Source of the DNA: Gammaproteobacteria bacterium | GTDB lineage: Bacteria; Pseudomonadota; Gammaproteobacteria; JAJFKG01 | DNA: 64,000 nt | Assembly (NCBI GenBank): GCA_965116795.1 | Contig: OZ220716.1 | Coordinates: 842,503 to 906,502, forward strand | Reading direction: 5' to 3' | Made by a program: the position numbers and the translations under genes | The notes under the pieces: model-generated | Told to the model about the DNA's origin: nothing | What the model saw: the letters and a program-made list of their open reading frames with translations, nothing else | Database searches by the model: none | Part shown: one piece after another, positions 46,706 to 55,952 of the stretch | Layout: every line of letters starts with the position of its first letter | How positions within the stretch are numbered: the first letter of the stretch is position 1

Positions 46706-47185
46706 TTACCTTTTTACTAATACTTGTTTGACTGCATTGGGTACAAATGCTGAAATATCACCGCCATAACTTACGATCTCACGCACTAATGAAGAAGAGA
46801 TATGGCAAGTTTGTGGTGAAGGTGGTAGAAACACTGTTTCTATGTTTGGTGCTAATGCGCGATTAGCATTCACCATTTGTAATTCATATTCAAAGTCTGA
46901 TACCACACGCAAACCACGAATAATCACTGATACGTGTTGTTGTTTAGCAAAGTCAACTAATAAAGTGTCGAACGTACACACACTAACATTAGGGAGTGTG
47001 GTCACCACTGTTTGCACAAGTTCACAACGTAGTTGAGTATCAAGTAATGTTGATTTGATGCGGTTATTGGCAACTGCCACAATCAATTTGGGGAATAGGC
47101 GACTTGCACGTTCAATAATATCGATGTGGCCATTGGTGATTGGATCAAATGTGCCTGGGTAAAGAGCAACAATCGGTGTTGACAT
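46706..47185 (-). CDS. coaD: Pantetheine-phosphate adenylyltransferase
   Basis: YPGTFDPITNGH, RGLR..SDFEYE, ISSSLVREI. Confidence 0.97.
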   Translation of the reverse strand: MSTPIVALYPGTFDPITNGHIDIIERASRLFPKLIVAVANNRIKSTLLDTQLRCELVQTVVTTLPNVSVCTFDTLLVDFAKQQHVSVIIRGLRVVSDFEYELQMVNANRALAPNIETVFLPPSPQTCHISSSLVREIVSYGGDISAFVPNAVKQVLVKR

Positions 47186-47281
47186 AGAGCTTTCCTTCAA
47201 CAAGCAAACGATTCTTATGTAAAAACACGATACACGATTCTAATATGAAAAAATAGATTCCGACATGGCTCACGAATCACC

Positions 47282-47331
47282 TTGCATTCATCACAGAAAT
47301 CTCACATAATTAGTACCAGATAGGTTCTAAT
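47282..47331 (+). promoter_or_regulatory. suf promoter with overlapping palindromic Rrf2-type operator
   Basis: TTGCAT-17bp-CATAAT followed by imperfect palindrome ATTAGTACC-AGATA-GGTTCTAAT. Confidence 0.6.
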
Positions 47332-47403
47332 TGATTTTAATAAAAAATATGATGTTAATCAACGAGTTATGTATCTTTATCAACCAAATTAAAGGATTAA
47401 CCC

Positions 47404-47871
47404 ATGCTACGTATCAGTAAATTAGCCGATTATGGCACTGTTATTCTGACGCATATGGCAAAAACGCCGCAGACACGCATGGCCGCACCAAAATTGGCAG
47501 CTGCCACGTATATTTCAGTGCCAATGGTTAGCAAGATTTTAAAAATGCTTGCCAACGCCAATTTACTCACATCGACGCGTGGTGCTAATGGTGGATATGC
47601 ATTAGCGCTATCGCCTGAACAGATCGCAATCACCGATATTATTACTGCATTAGATGGTGACATGGCGCTAACAGCATGCACCAGTCATGATGAAAATTGT
47701 GATCTAAAAACAATTTGTCACATTCGTGCAAATTGGCAAGTGATTAATACAGCGATTTACCGTACGTTAAATGGCATTACCTTAGCTGATATGGTGATGC
47801 CAATGCCAGCAAATCAATTTATCGATACATCCGCATTAACTAATAAGTTAAACAAGAAAGGTAAGAGGTAA
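47404..47871 (+). CDS. SUF system Fe-S cluster assembly regulator (Rrf2 family)
   Basis: MLRISKLADYG, S.RGANGGY.L, three Cys (C..C..C); heads the suf operon. Confidence 0.92.
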   Translation: MLRISKLADYGTVILTHMAKTPQTRMAAPKLAAATYISVPMVSKILKMLANANLLTSTRGANGGYALALSPEQIAITDIITALDGDMALTACTSHDENCDLKTICHIRANWQVINTAIYRTLNGITLADMVMPMPANQFIDTSALTNKLNKKGKR

Positions 47872-47877
47872 TATTAA

Positions 47878-49326
47878 ATGGCACGTGATAATGCACAGCT
47901 CGATCATATTCTCGATAAAGATTATGAACATGGTTTTGTGACTGATCTTGCCAGCGAAACCTTGCCACCTGGTTTAAATGAAGACGTTATTCGCCGTATT
48001 TCTGCTATAAAAAACGAACCCGACTTTATGTTGCAATGGCGTTTAAAAGCTTATCGACATTGGCTAACCATGCAAGAGCCACACTGGGCGCATTTACACT
48101 ATAGCCCAATCGATTATCAAGCCATTTCTTATTACTCTGCACCAAAGCAAGATAAAGATAGGCCACAAAGTTTAGATGAGGTTGATCCAGAATTATTGCG
48201 TACCTATGAAAAATTAGGGATCCCATTACAAGAGCAAGCTATGTTAGCAGGTGTGGCGGTTGATGCGGTATTTGATAGCGTATCGGTTGCCACAACGTTT
48301 AAAGATAAATTAGCAGAACATGGCATACTATTTTGTTCATTTTCAGAAGCAGTGCAGCAGTATCCTGAATTAGTTAAACAATACTTAGGCAGCGTCGTAC
48401 CGTATTCTGATAACTTCTTTGCAACACTAAATTCTGCAGTATTTACTGACGGGTCGTTTGTGTATATCCCTAAAGGGGTGCGTTGTCCAATGGAATTGTC
48501 TACCTATTTTCGTATTAATGCAGCGAATACCGGTCAATTTGAACGAACCCTGATCATTGCTGATGAAGGCAGTTATGTCAGTTATCTAGAAGGGTGTACT
48601 GCGCCGATGCGTGATGAAAATCAATTGCATGCGGCGGTAGTAGAGTTAGTTGCATTGAAGGATGCTGAAATTAAATATTCTACTGTGCAGAACTGGTATC
48701 CGGGTGATAAAGAAGGTAAAGGTGGTATTTTTAATTTTGTGACTAAACGCGGTGCATGTCGTGGTGATCATGCCAAAATTTCATGGACGCAAATTGAAAC
48801 AGGTTCGGCGATCACCTGGAAATATCCCAGTGTATTGCTGCAAGGTGATTATAGCGTCGGTGAATTTTACTCAGTTGCATTAACTAATCATTGTCAACAA
48901 GCCGATACGGGTACAAAGATGCTGCACATTGGTAAACATACTAAAAGCACGATCATTTCTAAAGGCATTTCAGCAGGCCGCGCACAAAATGCGTATCGTG
49001 GTTTGGTGAAAGTATTAAAAGGGGCAGAATGCGCACGTAATTACACCCAATGTGATTCACTATTACTCGGTGATCAATGTGGTGCACATACCTTTCCGTA
49101 TGTCGAAGTAAAAAATCCAACTGCTCAAGTTGAACATGAAGCGTCGACGTCCAAAATAGGTGAAGATCAATTATTTTATTGTCAACAACGTGGTATTGAT
49201 CCGGAAGATGCAGTCTCTATGATTGTTAATGGCTTTTGTAAGCAAGTTATTAAGAAATTGCCGATGGAATTTGCAGTAGAAGCACAGAAATTATTAGGTT
49301 TAAGTTTAGAAAATAGTGTAGGTTGA
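47878..49326 (+). CDS. sufB: Fe-S assembly protein SufB
   Basis: [36 protein letters not shown]. Confidence 0.98.
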   Translation: MARDNAQLDHILDKDYEHGFVTDLASETLPPGLNEDVIRRISAIKNEPDFMLQWRLKAYRHWLTMQEPHWAHLHYSPIDYQAISYYSAPKQDKDRPQSLDEVDPELLRTYEKLGIPLQEQAMLAGVAVDAVFDSVSVATTFKDKLAEHGILFCSFSEAVQQYPELVKQYLGSVVPYSDNFFATLNSAVFTDGSFVYIPKGVRCPMELSTYFRINAANTGQFERTLIIADEGSYVSYLEGCTAPMRDENQLHAAVVELVALKDAEIKYSTVQNWYPGDKEGKGGIFNFVTKRGACRGDHAKISWTQIETGSAITWKYPSVLLQGDYSVGEFYSVALTNHCQQADTGTKMLHIGKHTKSTIISKGISAGRAQNAYRGLVKVLKGAECARNYTQCDSLLLGDQCGAHTFPYVEVKNPTAQVEHEASTSKIGEDQLFYCQQRGIDPEDAVSMIVNGFCKQVIKKLPMEFAVEAQKLLGLSLENSVG

Positions 49327-49329
49327 GTT

Positions 49330-50076
49330 ATGTTAGCAATTAAACAATTACATGCGACCATTGGTGATAAACCGATTTTAAATGGGATCGATTTGCTGGT
49401 GAAGCCTGGTGAAGTCCATGCGATTATGGGACCTAATGGTTCTGGCAAAAGTACGTTGTCAAAGATCATTGCCGGGCACCCAGACTATACCGTGACTAAA
49501 GGCAGTATCACCTATCAAGGCCACGATTTATTAACCTTATCACCAGAAGAACGTGCACAACAAGGTGTTTTCCTTGCGTTTCAATACCCAATTGAAATTC
49601 CAGGCGTGTCTAACATTTATTTATTAAAAGCAGCGGTTAATGCAAAACGTCGTGCGCAAGGTGAGCCTGAAATCGATGCATTTGATTTCATGAAGCTGGT
49701 TAGGGAAAAATTAACATTAGTTAATATGGATGAAGCCTTTTTACATCGCGCAGTGAATGCAGGGTTTTCTGGCGGTGAGAAAAAACGTAATGAAATATTG
49801 CAAATGGCTTTATTAGAACCGGCATTAGCTGTTCTCGACGAAACGGATTCGGGTCTTGACATTGATGCACTGAAGATAGTTGCTGAAGGGGTTAATAAGT
49901 TAAAAGATCCTAAGCGCGCTACATTATTAATTACCCATTACCAACGTTTACTTAATTATATTGTGCCTGATCATGTGCACGTGTTAAGCCATGGTAAAAT
50001 TGTTCAATCAGGTGATGCCAGCTTAGCAAAAAAATTGGAAGAGAAGGGGTATGGTTGGGTGGAGCAGCAGGTATAG
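49330..50076 (+). CDS. sufC: Fe-S assembly ATPase SufC
   Basis: [34 protein letters not shown]. Confidence 0.98.
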   Translation: MLAIKQLHATIGDKPILNGIDLLVKPGEVHAIMGPNGSGKSTLSKIIAGHPDYTVTKGSITYQGHDLLTLSPEERAQQGVFLAFQYPIEIPGVSNIYLLKAAVNAKRRAQGEPEIDAFDFMKLVREKLTLVNMDEAFLHRAVNAGFSGGEKKRNEILQMALLEPALAVLDETDSGLDIDALKIVAEGVNKLKDPKRATLLITHYQRLLNYIVPDHVHVLSHGKIVQSGDASLAKKLEEKGYGWVEQQV

Positions 50077-50084
50077 TTAAAGCA

Positions 50085-51413
50085 ATGCAAGATACGACTA
50101 CTAATAACAATACAGTTATACAAAACTATCAACATGAGTTTGATAACATCATGCTGCCTGGTAAGGAATTATCATGGCTAGCACAAATCCGCCAACGTGG
50201 TTTTAATGAGTTTATTGCACAATCTTTCCCAACACGTAAGCAAGAAGATTGGAAATATACACGAACAACAGCGTTCACTGAACAACATTTTCCACTGAAT
50301 CAAGCGCCGCAATCAATCGAACATAAACAATTATCGCAACATACTATATTGTCTGAATTAGATTGTCATAGCATGGTATTTATTAATGGTGTATTTAATT
50401 TGGCATTGTCTACTATAAATGATTTACCTGAAACAGTTGTTTTGCAAGATTTGCCAACAGCATTGACCACAAACAACAGTGAGCTGAAACAACAATTAAT
50501 AACTAATTCACATGCCACTAAACCAAGCCAACATGGGTTTACTGCATTAAATACAGCACTAATGCATAATGGTACTTGTTTGGTTATTCCTGAGCAATGT
50601 GTGGTAGAAAAACCAATTCATGTTATTCACATAGTCGATCATAGTAATCATGCATCACATATTCGCAATGTAATTATGTTGGGTGCTAATAGTCAAGCAT
50701 GTGTTATTGAGCACTATATTGGTTTAAAAAACATTCCTTATTTTAACAATATTGTGACTGATATTAGCTTATCTGAACATGCTCGCTTAAGTCATTATAA
50801 GGTGATTCAAGAAAGTGATGCTGCATTGCATATCGCTAGCATACGCACCACTCAACAAGCCAATAGTGAGTTTGATAGTTTTTCATTAACATTAGATGGG
50901 CGTTTGGTGCGTAGTGATACCCATACATTACTACAAGCACCGAACAGTCAAGCAACATTAAATGGTTTATTTGTCGCGCAAGGTACACAGCATATTGACC
51001 ATCATACCTATATTGAACATGCTGCTAATAATACTAGGAGTAATGAACATTATCGTGGCATTTTAACTGATAAAGGACGCGGTGTGTTTAATGGACGAGT
51101 CTTTGTTAAGCCAGGCGCTACCGGCACTGATGCTAAACAACACAGTAATAATTTACTGTTAAGTCGAGATGCTGAAATTGATACTAAGCCACAGTTAGAA
51201 ATATTTACCGATGATGTAAAATGTACACATGGTGCAACAGTAGGCCAATTAGATCAGGATGCTTTGTTTTATTGTCAAGCACGTGGTGTTTCATTTGCTG
51301 ATGCAAAAGCCATGTTAACCTTTGCATTTGCGAGCCAATTACTTGAATCAATTGAACACACTGCTATTTGTGATGGCCTAACTAAGGCAGTATTAAGTCA
51401 ATTGCCCACTTAG
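50085..51413 (+). CDS. sufD: Fe-S assembly protein SufD
   Basis: EDWKYT, GVFNG.V, KPQLEIF.DDVKCTHGATVG. Confidence 0.96.
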   Translation: MQDTTTNNNTVIQNYQHEFDNIMLPGKELSWLAQIRQRGFNEFIAQSFPTRKQEDWKYTRTTAFTEQHFPLNQAPQSIEHKQLSQHTILSELDCHSMVFINGVFNLALSTINDLPETVVLQDLPTALTTNNSELKQQLITNSHATKPSQHGFTALNTALMHNGTCLVIPEQCVVEKPIHVIHIVDHSNHASHIRNVIMLGANSQACVIEHYIGLKNIPYFNNIVTDISLSEHARLSHYKVIQESDAALHIASIRTTQQANSEFDSFSLTLDGRLVRSDTHTLLQAPNSQATLNGLFVAQGTQHIDHHTYIEHAANNTRSNEHYRGILTDKGRGVFNGRVFVKPGATGTDAKQHSNNLLLSRDAEIDTKPQLEIFTDDVKCTHGATVGQLDQDALFYCQARGVSFADAKAMLTFAFASQLLESIEHTAICDGLTKAVLSQLPT

Positions 51414-51428
51414 CTTAGGATACATGCG

Positions 51429-52649
51429 ATGCTAACCATTGATAAAATACGACATGAGTTTCCTGCATTACAGCAAACGGTGCATGGCAAGCCATTAGTG
51501 TATTTAGACAGTGCAGCATCAGCACACAAGCCACAATCAGTCATCGATGCAGTGACTCAAGTATATAGTCGTGATTATTCTAATGTGCACCGCGGTGTAC
51601 ATACCTTAAGTGAGCGTGCAACGGCACAATTCGAAGCAGCACGCACAACCATTCAGCATTTTATTAATGCAAAACATGCACACGAAATTATTTTTGTACG
51701 TGGTACTACAGAGGCAATTAATTTAGTAGCGCAAAGTTATGGACGCCAACAACTTGATGAAAACAGCGAAATTTTAATTAGTGAAATGGAGCATCATGCC
51801 AATATCGTCCCATGGCAATTGTTGTGTGAACAAACTGGAGCAAAATTGGTTGTGATCCCAATTACCGATGCCGGTGAGATTGATCAAACCACTTTTAAAC
51901 GTTTAATCAACTCAAAAACAGCATTGTTAGCTATTACCCATATTTCCAATGCACTAGGTACCATGAATCCAATTAAACAGATGATTGCAACTGCACATGA
52001 TCATCATGTTCCCGTGTTAATTGATGGTGCACAAGGCATTGTCCATGATCGTGTAGATGTGCAAGCATTAGATTGTGATTTTTATACGTTTTCTGGGCAT
52101 AAGTGTTATGCCCCGACAGGAGTCGGTGTTTTATATGGTAAAACTGATTTTCTAAATGCAATGCCACCGTATCAAGGTGGTGGTGAAATGATTAGTAGTG
52201 TTACCTTTACTAATACAACGTACGCACCGTTACCACATAAATTTGAAGCGGGTACACCGCATATTGCAGGTGCCATTGGACTTGCAGCAGCCTGTGATTA
52301 TTTGAGTGAAATAGGGTTTGATACGATCACAACGTATGAAAATAAGTTACTCGATTATGCGACAACTGAATTAATGCGTGTTCCGGACTTACGTATTATT
52401 GGTACAGCAAACAATAAGGCTAGCATTATATCATTCGTGCTAGATAACATTCATGCCCATGATATTGGTACTATCTTAGATCATGCCGGCGTTGCTGTGC
52501 GCAGTGGACACCATTGTGCTATGCCATTAATGCAGCGTTATGCTGTTGCGGCAACTGTGCGAGCCTCATTAACATTTTACAATACACAAGCTGATGTTGA
52601 TGCATTAGTAACAGGGTTACATAAAGTGCGCGAGGTGTTTTCTCGATGA
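51429..52649 (+). CDS. sufS: Cysteine desulfurase SufS
   Basis: YLDSAAS, FSGHK, FEAGTP, RSGHHCAMP. Confidence 0.97.
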   Translation: MLTIDKIRHEFPALQQTVHGKPLVYLDSAASAHKPQSVIDAVTQVYSRDYSNVHRGVHTLSERATAQFEAARTTIQHFINAKHAHEIIFVRGTTEAINLVAQSYGRQQLDENSEILISEMEHHANIVPWQLLCEQTGAKLVVIPITDAGEIDQTTFKRLINSKTALLAITHISNALGTMNPIKQMIATAHDHHVPVLIDGAQGIVHDRVDVQALDCDFYTFSGHKCYAPTGVGVLYGKTDFLNAMPPYQGGGEMISSVTFTNTTYAPLPHKFEAGTPHIAGAIGLAAACDYLSEIGFDTITTYENKLLDYATTELMRVPDLRIIGTANNKASIISFVLDNIHAHDIGTILDHAGVAVRSGHHCAMPLMQRYAVAATVRASLTFYNTQADVDALVTGLHKVREVFSR

Positions 52650-53128
52650 GCCAGGCCAATCCATATAATAATGTTGATGAATTTGACAATGTGTATGACT
52701 TATATCAAGAAGTGATTATCGATCACAGTCAACAGCCACATCATTTTCATGTGCTTAATCAAGCTACTCATCAAGCTGATGGTTATAATCCATTGTGTGG
52801 CGATAATCTAACGTTGTATTTGACTGTAAAAGATAATGTGATTACTGACGCAAGTTTTCAGGGACAAGGTTGTGCCATTTCAACGGCGTCAGCATCGTTA
52901 TTGACTGATAGTATTATTGGCAAGTCAAGTACAGAGGCGTTAGCCTTATTTGAAGCGTTTCACCGTTTAGTGACAACGGGTGAACAAACAAATACGGTAG
53001 ATTTGGGTAAACTGGTGATTTTAGCTGGAGTAAAAGCATACCCTGCTCGAGTAAAGTGTGCGACATTGGCTTGGCATACCTTGCAAGCAGCCTTGTCTAA
53101 AACGTCTGACGTGGCGACTACGGAATAG
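52646..53128 (+). CDS. sufU: SufU scaffold / sulfur-transfer protein
   Basis: LYQEVIIDH, NPLCGD, GCAISTAS, RVKCATLAW. Confidence 0.94.
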   Translation: MSQANPYNNVDEFDNVYDLYQEVIIDHSQQPHHFHVLNQATHQADGYNPLCGDNLTLYLTVKDNVITDASFQGQGCAISTASASLLTDSIIGKSSTEALALFEAFHRLVTTGEQTNTVDLGKLVILAGVKAYPARVKCATLAWHTLQAALSKTSDVATTE

Positions 53129-53132
53129 TACA

Positions 53133-53546
53133 ATGAAAGATGATGATCCAATTTGGAATGAATTCATGACAGATAAACAGAGTGTAGATGAGATACACTC
53201 ACCTACACAAGCAACCGTACCATTTACCCCAGAGATTAGTGATCATCCATTAAGCGATGAAGTGGTGACAACACTAAAGACGATTTATGATCCAGAAATC
53301 CCAGTTAATATTTATGATCTTGGGCTGATTTATAAAGTGATCATCGATGATCAAAACAATGTTCATATTGACATGACGTTGACGACACCGGGTTGTCCAG
53401 TTGCACAAACCTTCCCAGGACATATTTCACAAACAGTTGAAGCTGTTGAGGGCGTAAACACGGTCACTGTTGAAGTTGTATGGGACCCACCTTGGACCCA
53501 AGATTATATGAGCGAAGAAGCAAAATTGTTATTGGGTTTGTTGTAG
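53133..53546 (+). CDS. SufT-like DUF59 Fe-S assembly protein
   Basis: IYDPEIPVNIYDLGLIY, MTLTTPGCP, WDPPW. Confidence 0.9.
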   Translation: MKDDDPIWNEFMTDKQSVDEIHSPTQATVPFTPEISDHPLSDEVVTTLKTIYDPEIPVNIYDLGLIYKVIIDDQNNVHIDMTLTTPGCPVAQTFPGHISQTVEAVEGVNTVTVEVVWDPPWTQDYMSEEAKLLLGLL

Positions 53547-53598
53547 ATTTTATGGTTATTCACTGTCTGTTTTTACTGCTATATAATCGCTAAATCAA

Positions 53599-53896
53599 TT
53601 ACTTTTTTTCACTTTCAAAAAATACTTTTAACACATCAAGTACAACATCTCGTGAAAAATGTTCGGGGATAGGTTTTCCTTCTCTGAGTAACTGACGTAA
53701 TACAGCGCTAGATACACTGATATGATCAGCATCACTGTGTGGGCAATCATGATCTGTTGCCATGCCATCACATTGATTGCACCAAAAAACAGAATTTAAG
53801 AAAAGTGGTTTGATTGCCAATGTATTTTGTGGGATTTTAGGTTAATTGGGTTGGAAGTAACATATTTGCCTGGTACGGTGGAACAAGTACTGTCAT
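53599..53896 (-). pseudogene. sat: Sulfate adenylyltransferase (Sat-type) remnant with large internal deletion
   Basis: RBS AAGAGAG plus ATG 53896 gives MTVLVPPYQANMLLP (Sat-like N-terminus), then a stop; another frame gives IPQNTLAIKPL..VFWCNQCDGMAT..DCPH...LRQLLREG..IPEHFSR.VVLDVL (Sat C-terminus). Confidence 0.82.
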
Positions 53897-53922
53897 TTAT
53901 GATAACTCTCTTACATGTAAGA

Positions 53923-54049
53923 TATACTCTTCTCGTTTTAAATTTAGGCTTTGTTGGCTGCGTCTTCTCACAAAAGTCATGTATTTCAATACACTCCTTT
54001 TGATTCGAAGACTTGCCGCCTCGCCTAAATTCAAAACACTTTGAGTATA
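53923..54049. mobile_element. ERIC-like 127-bp MITE, copy B
   Basis: TATACTC...GAGTATA; nearly identical to 8384-8510; overlaps the last codons of cysC. Confidence 0.87.
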
Positions 54050-54630
54050 TTATTTGCTGTTAGCAAATCAATGATCGCTTGTGCGCAGGCTTCTGGTGTT
54101 TGTTTATCTGTACGCAAATGCAAATCTGGATTTTTTGGTTCTTCATAAGGATCATCAATACCAGTAAACTGTTTAACTTCACCGTTCATCGCTTTTTTGT
54201 ATAGCCCTTTTGGATCACGTCGTTTACACACTGCTAACGATGCATCAATAAAACATTCAAAAAAGGGGAGTTCGGCTGTTTGATGTAATTCACGTACCCA
54301 TTGTCTATCTGCTTTATAAGGCGATATAAAACTCATAATAATGATAACCCCAGCACTAGTGAACAACTTGGCAACTTCACCACAGCGACGAATGTTTTCA
54401 CTTCTATCCACTGCAGAAAAACCCAAATCACGGCATAAACCTTCACGGATCTTATCGCTATCTAATATGAATGGTATGGCACCTTGAGCAAATAGTAAGT
54501 GTTCAAGGTGCCGTGCAATGGTTGATTTACCCGCTGCACTTAATCCAGTTAACCATAGTGTACAACCACGTTGCTCTAAGCGGGCATAACGTAATGTGTT
54601 GCTAACAGGTTGGATTAAATTTTCCTGCAT
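54031..54630 (-). CDS. cysC: Adenylyl-sulfate kinase
   Basis: WLTGLSAAGKST, DLGFS..DR.ENIRR, RDPKGLYKKA, FTGIDDPYEEP. Confidence 0.95.
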   Translation of the reverse strand: MQENLIQPVSNTLRYARLEQRGCTLWLTGLSAAGKSTIARHLEHLLFAQGAIPFILDSDKIREGLCRDLGFSAVDRSENIRRCGEVAKLFTSAGVIIIMSFISPYKADRQWVRELHQTAELPFFECFIDASLAVCKRRDPKGLYKKAMNGEVKQFTGIDDPYEEPKNPDLHLRTDKQTPEACAQAIIDLLTANNILKVF

Positions 54631-54650
54631 TAGATGTGCCTTATTATTTA

Positions 54651-55952
54651 TTAGCGTTCTTTAAATGCTGCTTCACGTGCGCGCAGAATTGGTTTCATGA
54701 TATAAGATAAAACAGATTTTTTGTTGGTAATAATGTTAACGGTTGCAGTCATTCCCGGCATAATAGGTAGTTTATTACCTTCTTTATCTAAATAGTTTTG
54801 TTCAGTGCGTATTTTAACTTTATAAAAATGATTGCCTTTTTCATCTTGAATAGTATCTGCACTGATACTTTCTACTGTAGCAGGCAATCCACCATAGACT
54901 GCATAATCATAAGCGGTAATCTTGACTAATGCTTTTGCTTCCGGATGGATAAAGGCAATATCAGATGGTTTTACATCAACTTCAACGGTTAGTTGATCTG
55001 TCATGGGTACAATTTCAATAATATTGTCTCCAGATTTAATTACTTCACCTAATGTGCTGATATTCATCGATTTAACAACACCATTTACTGGTGAACGTAT
55101 AACGGTACGATTCATGCGATCTTCTGCTGAAATCATTTTTTCTTTAGCGATAACTAACTCCGCTTTCTTTTCATTTAATTGAGCATGCGCTTTGCCTTTA
55201 AAATCTTCTAATGTCTCATCCATCTGTCCTTTTAATTCATTGACCTCACGTTCAAGTCGCAATAACTCCAATTTTGACATAACTTGTTGTTCAACTAGTG
55301 GTTTAACAATTTGTAACTCTTGTTCTGCTAGTAAATAACCATCACGTAAATTAGTAATTTTTGCAGTTAGATCAGTTTGTCTATCTTCAAAAAATAGTGT
55401 TTCACTGACTACTAATTGAGGAGCTTCTTTTTCTAAGATGGCAGGAAATAAAATAGTTTGATCACCGCTGGATTCTGCACGTAGCCTGGAAACGTTAGCT
55501 AGCAGCGTTAAGTAGTTTGAATGTACTTCGCGATAATCTGAGTTAAACCGTGTTGCATCAAGTCGGACTAATACTTCACCTTTTTTGACGATGTCACCGT
55601 CTTTAACATTGATTTGTTGAACAATGCCACCCTCTAAATTTTGGATCACTTTAATTTTTCCAGATGGAATAACACGTCCAGCACCAATAGTAATTTGTTC
55701 TAATTTAGTAGTTGTTGCCCAGATGATTGCAATAGTAATGAAGGCTATGACGATATAAAGTAATACATTTGCATGGCGGTATGTTTGTGACAATACAACG
55801 GCTTTACTATCTGAGACAAAATCCATATCTTCATGATGAACAACTGCAATTTTATCTGTATTTGGATCATCCTTATTTGTATTTTTGTCAGACAGTAATG
55901 CATCTATATTGTGATATTTATCACGTTTTTTTTGTTTGTCATCATTTGCCAT
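54651..55952 (-). CDS. Type I secretion periplasmic adaptor (HlyD/LssD/LapC type)
   Basis: TM anchor, G.VIPSGKIKVIQNLEGGIV, coiled coil, IRSPVNG, YDY..YG.L, PGMTA; start MANDDK overlaps the ATPase stop. Confidence 0.93.
   Translation of the reverse strand: MANDDKQKKRDKYHNIDALLSDKNTNKDDPNTDKIAVVHHEDMDFVSDSKAVVLSQTYRHANVLLYIVIAFITIAIIWATTTKLEQITIGAGRVIPSGKIKVIQNLEGGIVQQINVKDGDIVKKGEVLVRLDATRFNSDYREVHSNYLTLLANVSRLRAESSGDQTILFPAILEKEAPQLVVSETLFFEDRQTDLTAKITNLRDGYLLAEQELQIVKPLVEQQVMSKLELLRLEREVNELKGQMDETLEDFKGKAHAQLNEKKAELVIAKEKMISAEDRMNRTVIRSPVNGVVKSMNISTLGEVIKSGDNIIEIVPMTDQLTVEVDVKPSDIAFIHPEAKALVKITAYDYAVYGGLPATVESISADTIQDEKGNHFYKVKIRTEQNYLDKEGNKLPIMPGMTATVNIITNKKSVLSYIMKPILRAREAAFKER

Noticed and set aside
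53599-53820. 73-aa CxxC/CPH ORF as a novel zinc mini-protein
   Set aside because: Better explained as the Sat C-terminal remnant; TTG start without an RBS.
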